A stretch of 64,000 bases of DNA from Candidatus Kapaibacterium sp. (GTDB lineage Bacteria > Bacteroidota > Ignavibacteria > Kapaibacteriales > UBA2268), in NCBI GenBank assembly GCA_963664875.1, contig OY761611.1, positions 2,432,001 to 2,496,000 on the forward strand, written 5' to 3'. Below, one piece after another: positions 43,443-53,591 of this stretch (within the stretch, counting starts at the first letter, position 1; the number at the start of each line of letters is the position of its first letter). A model generated the notes under the pieces. The model did no database searches and had not been told where the DNA came from. It was given only the letters and a program-made list of their open reading frames with translations. A program made the position numbers and the translations under genes.

Positions 43443-44840
43443 ATGGAATCTATATTTAAGAATAAAAAAATTCTGCTTGGGGTTACTGCTTCAATCGCAG
43501 CTTACAAGAGCCCTCTAATAGTTCGAGAACTTGTGAAGCTTGGGGCACATGTCAATGTAATCATGACACCTTCGGCTAAGAATTTCGTAACTCCTATGAC
43601 CTTAACAAACGTATCGCGCAACCCGGTTGCTGTGGAGATGTTTGATAAAGATTTGCAGGATAGTGGTGCATGGCATATACAGTTGGCACATTGGGCTGAT
43701 ATAGCACTCATAGCTCCATGCTCAGCCACAACTTTAGGCAAACTTGCAAACGGAATTTGTGACAATGCTCTGTCAACTGTAATCACTGCCTTGCCGCGTG
43801 AGATTCCTCTTTTGATAGCTCCGTCTATGGATTCTACTATGTGGCTTAATCCCTCAACCCAGAGAAATATTCGCCAAATGCAAACGGATGGTGCTTTGAT
43901 AATTCCCCCGGGCGAAGGCGAGCTTTCGAGCGGCATTATAGGTCCCGGCAGACTTCCTGACATCAGTGTGGTGATTGACTATGTTTATAGAGCTCTAAAA
44001 GGTTGGGTCTATGAAGAGAAATCTGAAAGAGTCTTTATGAGTGATAGTGACAATAAAATCAAAGACAATTTGGAACAGCTTGCAGAGCAACATAAAGCTA
44101 TTGAAGAAAGCGACAAATTAACTGCTGCTATCCAGCTTGAACAAATGAAAAAAGCAATGTCAGACAAACAACAACCCCAGACCTTAAAAGGGAAAAAGGT
44201 TGTTATCACTGCCGGCCCGACACACGAAAAAATTGATGATGTAAGATTCCTTGGCAATCATTCCTCCGGTAAGATGGGATATGCTATTGCTACAGCTGCA
44301 AGAAATGCAGGAGCTAATGTGGTTCTTGTTTCCGGTCCCGTTAGCCTAAATCCACCGGAAGGAGTTACTACTATCAATGTGTATTCTGCTCAGGAAATGT
44401 ACGACGCTACTATAGTTGAATTCCCCGATGCTGACATTGGAATAATGTGTGCAGCAGTTGCTGATTATACTTTGAAAAAACCATTTGACGGCAAACTTAA
44501 AAAAAGTGAAACCGGTCCTGAGCTTACTTTGCAGCTTGTTGAAACTAAAGACATACTTGCAACTCTCGGTAAAAAGAAAAAGAAAGATCAGACTTTAGTT
44601 GGTTTTGCTCTCGAAGCTGTCAACGAAATAGACTACGGCAGAGATAAGCTAAAAACTAAAAATGCAGATATGATAGTTGTTAATTCAGCTTCAAGACCCC
44701 AAAGTGGGTTTGGGATAGACATGAACACTATTACTTTGCTTGTTAAAGACGAGGGCGAAACACAATACCCTCCGATGAGCAAAACAGAGTGTGCAAAAAT
44801 CATAGTTGACAAAGTTGCCGATTTGCATAAAGGCAAATAG
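43443..44840 (+). CDS. coaBC: Bifunctional phosphopantothenoylcysteine decarboxylase/ligase
   Basis: LGVTASIAAYK, HIQLAHWAD, KLANGICDN; TAGPTHEKIDDVRFLGNHSSGKMG, AAVADY, VGFALE. Confidence 0.96.
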   Translation: MESIFKNKKILLGVTASIAAYKSPLIVRELVKLGAHVNVIMTPSAKNFVTPMTLTNVSRNPVAVEMFDKDLQDSGAWHIQLAHWADIALIAPCSATTLGKLANGICDNALSTVITALPREIPLLIAPSMDSTMWLNPSTQRNIRQMQTDGALIIPPGEGELSSGIIGPGRLPDISVVIDYVYRALKGWVYEEKSERVFMSDSDNKIKDNLEQLAEQHKAIEESDKLTAAIQLEQMKKAMSDKQQPQTLKGKKVVITAGPTHEKIDDVRFLGNHSSGKMGYAIATAARNAGANVVLVSGPVSLNPPEGVTTINVYSAQEMYDATIVEFPDADIGIMCAAVADYTLKKPFDGKLKKSETGPELTLQLVETKDILATLGKKKKKDQTLVGFALEAVNEIDYGRDKLKTKNADMIVVNSASRPQSGFGIDMNTITLLVKDEGETQYPPMSKTECAKIIVDKVADLHKGK

Positions 44841-44879
44841 ATTGTAAATATTGATAACATTCTGCTCGATTATATATCA

Positions 44880-44918
44880 AGCCTTGCTCCGCAAAAAGTT
44901 GCGAAGTGAGGCTTTTTT
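44880..44918 (+). terminator. Terminator after coaBC
   Basis: AGCCTTGCT.CGCAA / TTGCGAAGTGAGGCT stem followed by a T-run. Confidence 0.7.
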
Positions 44919-45209
44919 AATTCTACATCTGTTATTAGAGATTTTGTCTAATGACAAATCTTGAATCAAGAAAGTTGTTTGGGATTATTGGAAGTGAAAG
45001 AATATATGAGAGATTGTAGTAATTCCAACAGGCAAAAGCAAATATGTGTAAACTCTCGATTTTACTGCACATTTTGGTACATTGATAAGTAAAAAGTATC
45101 ATAGTCCGCTAAAATTTAGTATGATATAATACTAATATATTTCTTATTTTAGTGTTCCAATTACTGAACAGTATAAAAGATGTTTCAATTGATTATTTAG
45201 GATATTAAG

Positions 45210-45932
45210 ATGTATAGTTTAAATAGAATTTTAGTCTTTGTACTTAGTGTTGTAGTAATATCTTTTGTTTCGTCGTGTTCCAATGAAGAACATAGTGCTT
45301 TTTACCCATACGAAGTGCCTGAAAAACCACCTATACCGAAGCTGGTAGAAGGAGCAGAAAAAGTGATTACCGGCAGAATCGGCAGATATGACGGCTTCGG
45401 CATATATACCTGGAATTTTGGAGAAGCAAAAATATATGCTGTTCTTGATACTGTAGCTTTATCTCTCATTAAGGATATAAATAAATTCAACGTTGTTGCT
45501 GAAGGTACCATTGACGAATACGGTCAGTATCAGATTACATTACCTGCTATTGTGTCTTCGAATTATGTCAGATATGCTGACGAACTTTCAGATAGTTTGG
45601 TAGTGCAACCTGAGAACCTAATCATAAGTGCAGGTGAACTTGAGCTATATGCCGGAGTATATAAAAATGAGTGGGGAACTCAGGTGCTCAGATATGAAAA
45701 AGTAAGAATAGACGATGCTTATATCTCAAGTCAGACAGGAATTAATACATATTATTATTACGCATTTTTCTCTGAAGATGGCTCTATTGAAGGAGATAAT
45801 GATAAAAATAATAGACATTACAATGTCTATGGTAAAAAAGGATGGAATATATTACAAATCTACAGTAATTCTATAGGTTATGTAGTGCACATACCGCCTC
45901 AAGTGCGTCAATATATATGGGACTTTGATTGA
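45210..45932 (+). CDS. Hypothetical lipoprotein
   Basis: 240-aa ORF with lipobox FVSSC; no family recognised. Confidence 0.75.
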   Translation: MYSLNRILVFVLSVVVISFVSSCSNEEHSAFYPYEVPEKPPIPKLVEGAEKVITGRIGRYDGFGIYTWNFGEAKIYAVLDTVALSLIKDINKFNVVAEGTIDEYGQYQITLPAIVSSNYVRYADELSDSLVVQPENLIISAGELELYAGVYKNEWGTQVLRYEKVRIDDAYISSQTGINTYYYYAFFSEDGSIEGDNDKNNRHYNVYGKKGWNILQIYSNSIGYVVHIPPQVRQYIWDFD

Positions 45933-45998
45933 TTCCTTTGTTTAATCATTATATCAAAACCTTAAAAAAAGAGACAATTAAAAAACTTAAATGGAGGG

Positions 45999-46841
45999 CT
46001 ATATACTCATAAGTATTATAGCAATAATGCCTGTTAGTATAGACAATACCCCGTATGTATTAAGTTTTTCTTTGAATAAGATGCGGGCAAAAAAGCCTGT
46101 GGCAACTATAACTCCGATATTTACGAACGGAAAAGTAAGATACCCGGGTATAGTTTCCAATGCACCAATCAAAAAGAAGGAACTAAATATATTTGGAATA
46201 CCAAGTACCATACCTCGAATTAAAACTGTTCTCTCCGGTTTAACTTTTTTGAATAGGCTAATTGCAGCAGTATATAAAAATGAAAAGCCAAATATGGAAA
46301 ATAGAAACATAGATTTGCCTGCTCCGGCGAATTCTTCTTCAAAGATTTTCATTCCGAAATCAGCTATTCCTATGCCAATCAACAAAGCGATAAGATAGAA
46401 AAAATCTGCGAAACTAAGTTTTTTGCTTGAATCGCCTTTTAAAGATTTATAAAAAAGTATCATCGTCAATCCAACAAGAGCATAGGCAGCTAAATGTAGA
46501 ATTTTAGGTTGTTCTCTGTAAATAATGATTGAGAGAAGAGCCGGAAGAAAAACGGATAATCGTGAGCTGACAGTTGCAAGTGCAGTGCCTGCAACATTTA
46601 CCGCTTTAGTAAATGCAAAAAAAGAACCTACAAAAAACACTGCTAAACCTGCACCGAGAGCAAGCATGGGCAATGGGATATCAAAATTCATTTCTGAAAA
46701 TGACAAAGCCAAAGTAGTCAGAGTTGCTGCGAAATAATTGCCGGTGAGTAGCAAAAGGGCGTTGCCCGATTTAGTATCGTTATATTTCAAAATGAGTGCA
46801 ATAGAGACCGAGCACAAAACACTTAAAATAAGACTAAGCAT
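45999..46841 (-). CDS. EamA/DMT-family transporter
   Basis: About 10 TM helices, internal duplication ending YREQ and FKEKL; GIPN...FP..N.G pattern. Confidence 0.85.
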   Translation of the reverse strand: MLSLILSVLCSVSIALILKYNDTKSGNALLLLTGNYFAATLTTLALSFSEMNFDIPLPMLALGAGLAVFFVGSFFAFTKAVNVAGTALATVSSRLSVFLPALLSIIIYREQPKILHLAAYALVGLTMILFYKSLKGDSSKKLSFADFFYLIALLIGIGIADFGMKIFEEEFAGAGKSMFLFSIFGFSFLYTAAISLFKKVKPERTVLIRGMVLGIPNIFSSFFLIGALETIPGYLTFPFVNIGVIVATGFFARILFKEKLNTYGVLSILTGIIAIILMSI

Positions 46842-47219
46842 AAAAAATATCTCCAAAATTTTTCAAAGATATGCATAGAGCTTAGAATAAAAAAGTGGAA
46901 ACTATCTTTCTTTTCATTTTTATCATTACAAAATTTAAATATTACAAATTTGTATAATGCAAGATTTTATATGCTTCGGCTTTTTGCAAAATGTGCTTTT
47001 GCTTTCTAAAATCTCTAATATGGCTATAATTGCTTTGCACAATTGTGCTGATTGTCCTTAATAATTAGAACTAACAAAATTAAACGAGTAAAAATAGTCT
47101 TAACTATTCTTTAAAATCGGAATTAGTTAAGCTATTTTCAAGTTTTTTTTCCGATATTGCATTTATAACTTAGACAGAGTATAACTTATATCTTATAAAC
47201 TAAAGAATGATTTAATGCT

Positions 47220-48593
47220 ATGAAAACTCAAATTGAACCTTTCAAAATCAAGTCGGTGGAGCATATTCCTATTACTACGGTAGAACAAAGAGAACAGTTC
47301 ATCAAGGAAGCGCACTACAATCCATTTGCATTGAGATCAGAGCATGTCACAATCGACCTTTTGACTGATAGCGGTACTACTGCAATGAGCTCTAAACAGT
47401 GGGCTGCTATGATGGATGGCGACGAAGCTTATGCCGGTTCAAGATCCTACTATAAATTTGAAGACGCTGTGCGTGAGATTACAGGTTTCAAACATATCAT
47501 ACCTACTCACCAAGGGCGTGCCGCTGAAAAAATCTTATTTACTTTGTTAGGTGGCGAAAATATCGTTATCCCTAACAACACTCACTTTGATACTACAAGA
47601 GGTAATATCGAGTTTTCAAAAGCTATGGCTATTGACTGCCCTACTGAAATCGGTACTAAACCTGAAGTGATAGCTGATTTCAAAGGCAATATGGATATTG
47701 ACAAACTTCGTGCTGTTATCGAAAAATACGGCGTTGAAAGAATCCCTGTTGTAATGCTTACTGTTACTAATAATAGTGGCGGTGGTCAGCCTGTTTCTAT
47801 GGCTAATATCAAAGAAGTACGCAAAGTATGTGATGAATATAACTTACCTTTGTTCCTTGATTGTTGCCGTTTTGCTGAGAATGCTTACTTCATCAAAGAA
47901 AGAGAAGAAGGCTATGCAAACAAAACTATCATGGAAATCGCTAACGAAATGTTCTCTTATGCTGATGGCGCTACTATGTCATCTAAAAAAGATGCACTTT
48001 CTAACACCGGTGGTTTCTTGGCAATGAACGACGATAAACTTGCTGATAAATCCAAAGAGCTTCTAATTATTACTGAAGGGTTTGTTACTTACGGTGGCTT
48101 GGCTCGCCGTGACTTAGAAGCTTTGGCTCAGGGTTTCAAAGAAGTAATGGAAGAAGATTATCTGAAATACAGAATCGAACAGGTTCGCTACCTTGGTAAC
48201 TTGTTAGAAGAAGCTGGTGTTCCTATTCTTCGTCCTACAGGTGGTCATGGTGTTTATTTGGATGCTCGTAGATTTGCTCCAAATATCAAACCTGAACACT
48301 TCCCGGGTCAGTCTATCCTTTTGGAAATCTATAGACTCTCAGGCGTTCGTACTGTTGAAATCGGCTCTTTGATGTTTGGTAAACGTGACGAAGAAGGTAA
48401 CTTCATCGCTCCTCCTATGGATTTAGTACGCTTGGCTATTCCTCGCCGTGTTTATACCAAATCACATATCGAGTACGTTGCTGAAGCTATTATCGAAACA
48501 TACAAAAACGTTGATAAATTGAAAGGCTTGAAAATTACTTGGGAACCTGAGTTCTTGAGACACTTCACTTGCCGTTTGGAATATATCGACTAA
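47220..48593 (+). CDS. tnaA: Tryptophanase
   Basis: EPFKIKSVE, DLLTDSGT, PTHQGRAAE, MSSKKD (PLP lysine). Tryptophanase-type HFDTT, VEIGS and LRHF rather than tyrosine phenol-lyase YFTTT, MERG, LRFF. Confidence 0.92.
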   Translation: MKTQIEPFKIKSVEHIPITTVEQREQFIKEAHYNPFALRSEHVTIDLLTDSGTTAMSSKQWAAMMDGDEAYAGSRSYYKFEDAVREITGFKHIIPTHQGRAAEKILFTLLGGENIVIPNNTHFDTTRGNIEFSKAMAIDCPTEIGTKPEVIADFKGNMDIDKLRAVIEKYGVERIPVVMLTVTNNSGGGQPVSMANIKEVRKVCDEYNLPLFLDCCRFAENAYFIKEREEGYANKTIMEIANEMFSYADGATMSSKKDALSNTGGFLAMNDDKLADKSKELLIITEGFVTYGGLARRDLEALAQGFKEVMEEDYLKYRIEQVRYLGNLLEEAGVPILRPTGGHGVYLDARRFAPNIKPEHFPGQSILLEIYRLSGVRTVEIGSLMFGKRDEEGNFIAPPMDLVRLAIPRRVYTKSHIEYVAEAIIETYKNVDKLKGLKITWEPEFLRHFTCRLEYID

Positions 48594-48616
48594 TATTGCT
48601 TTGTATATTTTATTTC

Positions 48617-48654
48617 AAAAAGACGCATTGATTCATTTCAGTGCGTTTTTTTTT
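48617..48654 (+). terminator. Terminator after tnaA
   Basis: AAAGACGCATTGA / TCAGTGCGTTTTT stem with a long T-run. Confidence 0.8.
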
Positions 48655-48733
48655 ATTATACATAATATATCAAAATTCTATTACAAGTATTACGTTCAAA
48701 TATTAAACAATTATAAGTTGAAATTGTTTATAT

Positions 48734-50701
48734 TTGAAAATCTACAATGACTGCAATTATTTCGCAAGGACTCTATACTTGAAAGCAATTTTGGTTCTTT
48801 TTTTAGCTTTGTTCCATCTGACTATGGTATCTTATGCCTCCAAATCGTCTGATGAGATTTTGCTTCAGATTGCAAAAGCTTCAGATGACAGCACCAAAGT
48901 GGATTTATTAAATAAATACGCCTTCGAAGTTCGTACGCAAAATTTTGATTCTTCGCAGGTTTATGGCGAAAATGCTCTTGCTCTTGCAAGGCAGCTTAAA
49001 TATAAAAAAGGTATCGCCGAATCTTTAAAAATTATTGGTACGGCGAACTGGAACAAAGGCTTTTTTGCTGAAGCTAAAGCGCTTTATCATCAGTCACTTG
49101 CCATCTATGAAGAAATAAACGACACTAATGGAATCGGAAGGCTCTATAATAATCTTGGACTTATCGAGCTTACGCAGAATGAATTTGCAGAGGCTATTTC
49201 TTACTTCAAACAAAGTATCATCTTCAACAAAGCTACTAAGGATACTTTTATGCTCTGCAATGCCTACTACAATATTGCTATCTCGCACTTTTATCTCAAA
49301 GATTATACTAAAGCGATTACTAATCACTATAAAAGTATCGAGTTTGCAAGCGCTACTAATAATGATATTATTCTTGCTCAAAACTATGGCTCACTCGGTG
49401 CAAGCTATACTTTTTTGAAAAATTATGAATCTGCTTACGAAAATCTAAATCAGGCATTAAGTATTTGCCTTAGGCTCGATCTCAAAAGAGAGCTTGCTCA
49501 TATCTACAATCTCCTCGCATATTACTATTTGGAAGTGCACGACTTTAATATGGCTATAGAATGTGCTGAAAAGTCTGCTGTGATTGCTGATTCTCTCAAC
49601 TCCCTTATCAATATCTACGAGGCTAATAAATTACTTGCTGACGCTTGGAGCAAACTCGGCAATTTCGAAAAGGCTTACAAATACCAGTCTCTTTCTGTTG
49701 AGAAATTTGTCAAGCTTACTGATGAGCAAAATAGTCAGATTATTGCCAATATCTCTGCAAAATACGCTTATGATAAGAAACTAAAAGCTATAGAAGACGA
49801 AAAAGCTGATGCCGAACACAATATTCATACAAGGAATGTCATTATCGCTGTGGTGAGCTTCTTTACTTTGTTTGCTTTTGTATTGGCTGCTTTGCTTTAC
49901 CGCAACAACCTCGAGAGACGCAAAAATAATCTTCTGCTTTTGGAACAAAAAACTAACATAGATGAGCAAAACAAGCAGCTCGAAACTATGAATGCTGAGC
50001 TTAATGAGCTTAATACTACTAAAGATAAATTCTTTTCTATAATCGCTCACGACCTCAAAAATCCAATTTATAATCTGCACTCTGTGGCTCAGATTATCCA
50101 CGAAGACTTTGATATAATGAGCGAAGACGAGAAAAAAGAATATGTCAGCCTCATGGAAAACTCCTCGAAGCATATTTATTCGCTTTTAGAAAATCTGCTT
50201 ACCTGGTCCCGCTCGCAACGTGGCCAGATAGTGGTCAATCCCGTAGAGAGCGAGCTCGATGTGCTGCTGCACACCACTATCCAAGGGGCTGCCGCTGCTG
50301 CTGCGAATAAGGGAATCGAGATAGTCAGCCATATCATGCCCAATACTAAAGTCCTTACTGATATCAATTTAATAAATACTATCGTTCGCAATATACTTTC
50401 CAATGCTATTAAGTTTACTCCTAATGGTGGCAAAATCGAACTTTCCTCCGAACTCAAACCAAAATTTGTTACTCTCAAAATCAGAGATAACGGGGTGGGT
50501 ATGGATGATGAAAAAATCGGCACTCTATTTATCACCGGAGAAAACCAATCCACTCCAGGGACTAACGAAGAAAAAGGCACCGGGCTGGGGCTAATCATCT
50601 GCAAGGAGTTTGCCAATAAAAACGGTGGCGATATAGCGGTCAAAAGCCGTAAGGGTGAGGGCGCTGAGTTTACTCTTACTATACCTCTGCTGCGGCAATA
50701 A
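48734..50701 (+). CDS. TPR-repeat sensor histidine kinase (start uncertain; no adjacent response regulator)
   Basis: N-terminal TM, TPRs, second TM; H-box KFFSIIAHDLKNP, N-box NILSNAIKFT, DNGVGM, GTGLGL. Confidence 0.95.
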   Translation: MKIYNDCNYFARTLYLKAILVLFLALFHLTMVSYASKSSDEILLQIAKASDDSTKVDLLNKYAFEVRTQNFDSSQVYGENALALARQLKYKKGIAESLKIIGTANWNKGFFAEAKALYHQSLAIYEEINDTNGIGRLYNNLGLIELTQNEFAEAISYFKQSIIFNKATKDTFMLCNAYYNIAISHFYLKDYTKAITNHYKSIEFASATNNDIILAQNYGSLGASYTFLKNYESAYENLNQALSICLRLDLKRELAHIYNLLAYYYLEVHDFNMAIECAEKSAVIADSLNSLINIYEANKLLADAWSKLGNFEKAYKYQSLSVEKFVKLTDEQNSQIIANISAKYAYDKKLKAIEDEKADAEHNIHTRNVIIAVVSFFTLFAFVLAALLYRNNLERRKNNLLLLEQKTNIDEQNKQLETMNAELNELNTTKDKFFSIIAHDLKNPIYNLHSVAQIIHEDFDIMSEDEKKEYVSLMENSSKHIYSLLENLLTWSRSQRGQIVVNPVESELDVLLHTTIQGAAAAAANKGIEIVSHIMPNTKVLTDINLINTIVRNILSNAIKFTPNGGKIELSSELKPKFVTLKIRDNGVGMDDEKIGTLFITGENQSTPGTNEEKGTGLGLIICKEFANKNGGDIAVKSRKGEGAEFTLTIPLLRQ

Positions 50702-50799
50702 AATAGCTCGAACGCAAGCCAAAGCATAAAAAAGCCGCACTTTTGTAATTTCAAATAGTGCAGCTCTTTTATGAAGCGATGTATATGGGGTAATTTGTT

Positions 50800-50991
50800 C
50801 TATAAAGTTATGATCTCTACATCTTCTCTGTCCCATAATCCGTTGCTTGCCAAATCCTCTTGCGTCGTTGTGCCTGTAAGGTAATTGTACCAGTCTGTTT
50901 TGTACTCGTCAAAGATTTGCGTAAACATGTTCTTGTCAATGTCGCCATGATACCTGATGTAAACTTTCACAAAGCTCGAATTTGTATTCAT
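50800..50991 (-). CDS. Small hypothetical protein or gene remnant
   Basis: 63-72 aa ORF between convergent genes; no motif recognised. Confidence 0.35.
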   Translation of the reverse strand: MNTNSSFVKVYIRYHGDIDKNMFTQIFDEYKTDWYNYLTGTTTQEDLASNGLWDREDVEIITL

Positions 50992-51399
50992 TCCGACTCC
51001 TATCAGACAGTTGAACATAACATTTCAAAATAACTTTTCAGTGTATAAATATATACGAACAAGCAGCCCTTTTGTTCAAAAGATTTACAATATTTTTTTT
51101 GTGGGCATTATTCCCTGCTTTTGGCAGTGGGTGGGGCGTGCGGGAGATGAGGAGATAAATTAGCTTGATTACATTTTTTGATTTTAGTATATTAGGTTTT
51201 TAAATATGCATTATGAGATTGTGAGGGAGAGTAGATTGTGGCAGAGCAAGAATACGATGCAAAAATATAGTAAATAGAAAGTTTATAAAAAAACCCAAAA
51301 ATTCCCTCCCCCACCGCTTCATCACAACCCAAAGAAGCGGGGTGTAAGTTTTAAAGAGTTACGACATAAAGTATAGAATGGACAAAGAGGAATAAAGGT

Positions 51400-51640
51400 A
51401 TGCAGAAAGAATCCACTAATATAGAACTAAGGAATGATGACCGGACAACTGACATTATTTTCTATGCTGATAAGAGCGGAAATAAGAAAATAGAAGTTTT
51501 GTTTGAAAATGAGACATTTTGGCTGAGTCAAAAAAGGATAGCCGGAGGAAAATTCAACTATTCGAAAAATTCGAATAGTTCAAACCGAAGGAGCAAGGCA
51601 AGTTTCGAGAGCAGTAGATAAAATTGGAGTAGAGTTATAT
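51400..51640 (+). pseudogene. rhuM: RhuM-family (virulence_RhuM) remnant: internal deletion, frameshift and truncation
   Basis: IIFY...IEVLFENETFWLSQKRIA, then a second frame EENSTIRKIRIVQTEGARQVSRAVD. The intervening ELF...H..NI...GEL segment and the whole C-terminal part are missing. Confidence 0.8.
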
Positions 51641-51689
51641 CTTAAACCCCTCGAAATCGAGGGGTATGAATCCCCCCCCAAAAAAATAC

Positions 51690-51724
51690 CAAAGCCGTGA
51701 ATTTAATCAAAAATCACGGCTTTG
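51690..51724 (-). terminator. Hairpin downstream of pgi
   Basis: CAAAGCCGTGA / TCACGGCTTTG stem. Confidence 0.65.
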
Positions 51725-51747
51725 CTTTTGCCTTGGTTTTATTATTT

Positions 51748-53394
51748 CTAATCTTTTTTCTTTTTGTAGTAGTTTATCAGGCTATTGGTAGAGCAGTCGT
51801 GCGTATCCGTTTTAGCTTTGGAACTTAGCTCCGGCAAAATAGATTTGGCGAGCTGCTTGCCCAGCTCCACTCCCCACTGGTCGAAAGAATTGATACCCCA
51901 AATCACGCCCTGCACAAAGACTTTATGCTCGTAAAAAGCCAAAAGACTGCCCAGTACGTTAGGGGTAAGCGTGTCGTAGAGTATAGTGGTAGTGGGCTTG
52001 TTGCCTGCAAATATTTTATGCGGCAGCAAAGCCTCAATCTCAGCCAAAGATTTCCCCTCAGCCTGCAGCTCCGCAAAAGCTTCCTCTACGGTTTTGCCTT
52101 TCATGAGCGCTTCGGTCTGAGCGAAGAAGTTAGACATCAGTTTGTCGTGGTGGTCGCCCACAGGATTGTGCGACATACATCCGCCGATAAAATCGACCGG
52201 AATAAGCCTGGTCCCCTGATGAATAAGCTGGAAGAAAGAGTGCTGAGAGTTAGTGCCGGCAGTTCCCCACACGATAGTGCCTGTGAGATGATCCACCACC
52301 TCACCGTCCTTTTGGATAGCCTTGCCATTTGATTCCATATCGAGCTGCTGCAAAAATTCAGGGAGCTTTTCTAAATACTGTTCGTAAGGGATGACCGCGT
52401 AGGATTCGGCACCAAAGAAATTGGAGTACCAAATGCCGAGCAAAGCCATGATTACGGGTATATTATTGTGCAGCTCAGAGTTCCGAAAATGAATATCAGC
52501 TTCGTAGGCACCACGAAGCAGATCCTCGAAGTTGTCATAGCCGATATAGAGAGCTATGGAAAGACCGATAGCAGACCAAAGGGAGTACCTGCCTCCGACC
52601 CAGTCCCAAAAACCAAACATATTTTTAGGGTCAATCCCGAACTCTTTGCATTGAGCCTCATTAGTAGAAAGAGCAACAAAGTGGCGAGCCAAATCTTTCG
52701 AGGAAGTAGATTTATGATTAAGGAACCATTTTTTTGCAGTATTAGCATTGGTAAGCGTTTCCTGAGTAGTAAAAGTTTTAGAAGCAATAATAAACAGGGT
52801 AGTCTCAGGGTTCAGCTTTTTAAGAGTTTCATTTATATCAGTAGCGTCAATATTCGAAACAAAATGCACATTTATGCCGGCTCTGGCGTAAGGAGTCAGG
52901 GCTTTGCAGACCATACGGGGGCCGAGGTCGGAACCTCCAATGCCGATATTAACAATATCAGAAAATCGATGCCCGGAAAAGCCGAGGTAGCTGCCGTCAT
53001 GGATGCTGTCGCAAAACTGTTGCATTTGCTTTCTGACCGCGAGGATATTGGGCATAACGTTCCAATCATCCACTTTGACCGGCTTGTCGGAAAAGTTGCG
53101 GAGGGCAGTGTGCAGCACAGATCGCTTTTCTGTAGTATTAATCTTTTCGCCGGAGAACATTTCTTCGGTTTTTTCTTTTATTTTGCAGGCATTAGCCAAT
53201 TTGATAAGGAGCTCGAGAGTAGTCTCGTCGATAATATTTTTTGAGAAGTCAAAGAGAATCCTGTCAAACTTTTTAGAGAACTTATCAAATCTGAGATTAT
53301 CAGCCTCGAAGAGTTCACGCAAATGGACATCGCCCATTTCTTTTGAATGAGCGAGCAGAGCAGCCCATTCTTTTAATTCAGTTAGCTTAGCCAT
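51748..53394 (-). CDS. pgi: Glucose-6-phosphate isomerase
   Basis: NIGIGGSDLGP, ASKTFTTQET, FWDWVGGRYSLWSAIG, QQLDMESNGK, SFDQWGVELGK. Confidence 0.99.
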   Translation of the reverse strand: MAKLTELKEWAALLAHSKEMGDVHLRELFEADNLRFDKFSKKFDRILFDFSKNIIDETTLELLIKLANACKIKEKTEEMFSGEKINTTEKRSVLHTALRNFSDKPVKVDDWNVMPNILAVRKQMQQFCDSIHDGSYLGFSGHRFSDIVNIGIGGSDLGPRMVCKALTPYARAGINVHFVSNIDATDINETLKKLNPETTLFIIASKTFTTQETLTNANTAKKWFLNHKSTSSKDLARHFVALSTNEAQCKEFGIDPKNMFGFWDWVGGRYSLWSAIGLSIALYIGYDNFEDLLRGAYEADIHFRNSELHNNIPVIMALLGIWYSNFFGAESYAVIPYEQYLEKLPEFLQQLDMESNGKAIQKDGEVVDHLTGTIVWGTAGTNSQHSFFQLIHQGTRLIPVDFIGGCMSHNPVGDHHDKLMSNFFAQTEALMKGKTVEEAFAELQAEGKSLAEIEALLPHKIFAGNKPTTTILYDTLTPNVLGSLLAFYEHKVFVQGVIWGINSFDQWGVELGKQLAKSILPELSSKAKTDTHDCSTNSLINYYKKKKD

Positions 53395-53528
53395 GTTTTT
53401 AGTCTCAAAAATATTGAAATTTATGATTACCTAAATGTAATCATAAAAAAGGATATAATCATATAAAAAAGAACGGTTGATTGATATATTTTATTTTTTT
53501 GCATGTGCAAGAGGAGCTGAACGGCAAG

Positions 53529-53565
53529 AAAAAAGCGGCAGAAGTGTAAAATGTCTTCTGCCGCT
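53529..53565 (-). terminator. Terminator after the IgGFc-domain T9SS gene
   Basis: AGCGGCAGAAG / CTTCTGCCGCT perfect stem with an adjacent A-run. Confidence 0.8.
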
Positions 53566-53591
53566 AAGAGATGATTTCTATCAGGTATAGC

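Noticed and set aside
46957-47061. 34-codon ORF ending in Pro-stop upstream of tnaA (MQDF...ADCP*) as a TnaC leader
   Set aside because: No Trp codon, which TnaC requires.
47220-48593. Tyrosine phenol-lyase
   Set aside because: Diagnostic residues (FDTT, VEIGS, LRHF) are tryptophanase-type.
51359-51386. dif-like site TTACGACATAA-AGTATA-GAATGGACAAA near the gradient centre
   Set aside because: The XerC-like arm and spacer are plausible, but the XerD arm matches TTATGTTAAAT at only 5/11. Other half-sites (about 51010, 51200, 13009) also lack a partner arm.
50760-51740. Replication origin
   Set aside because: No cluster of DnaA boxes and no dnaA/dnaN/gidA context; flanking genes converge.
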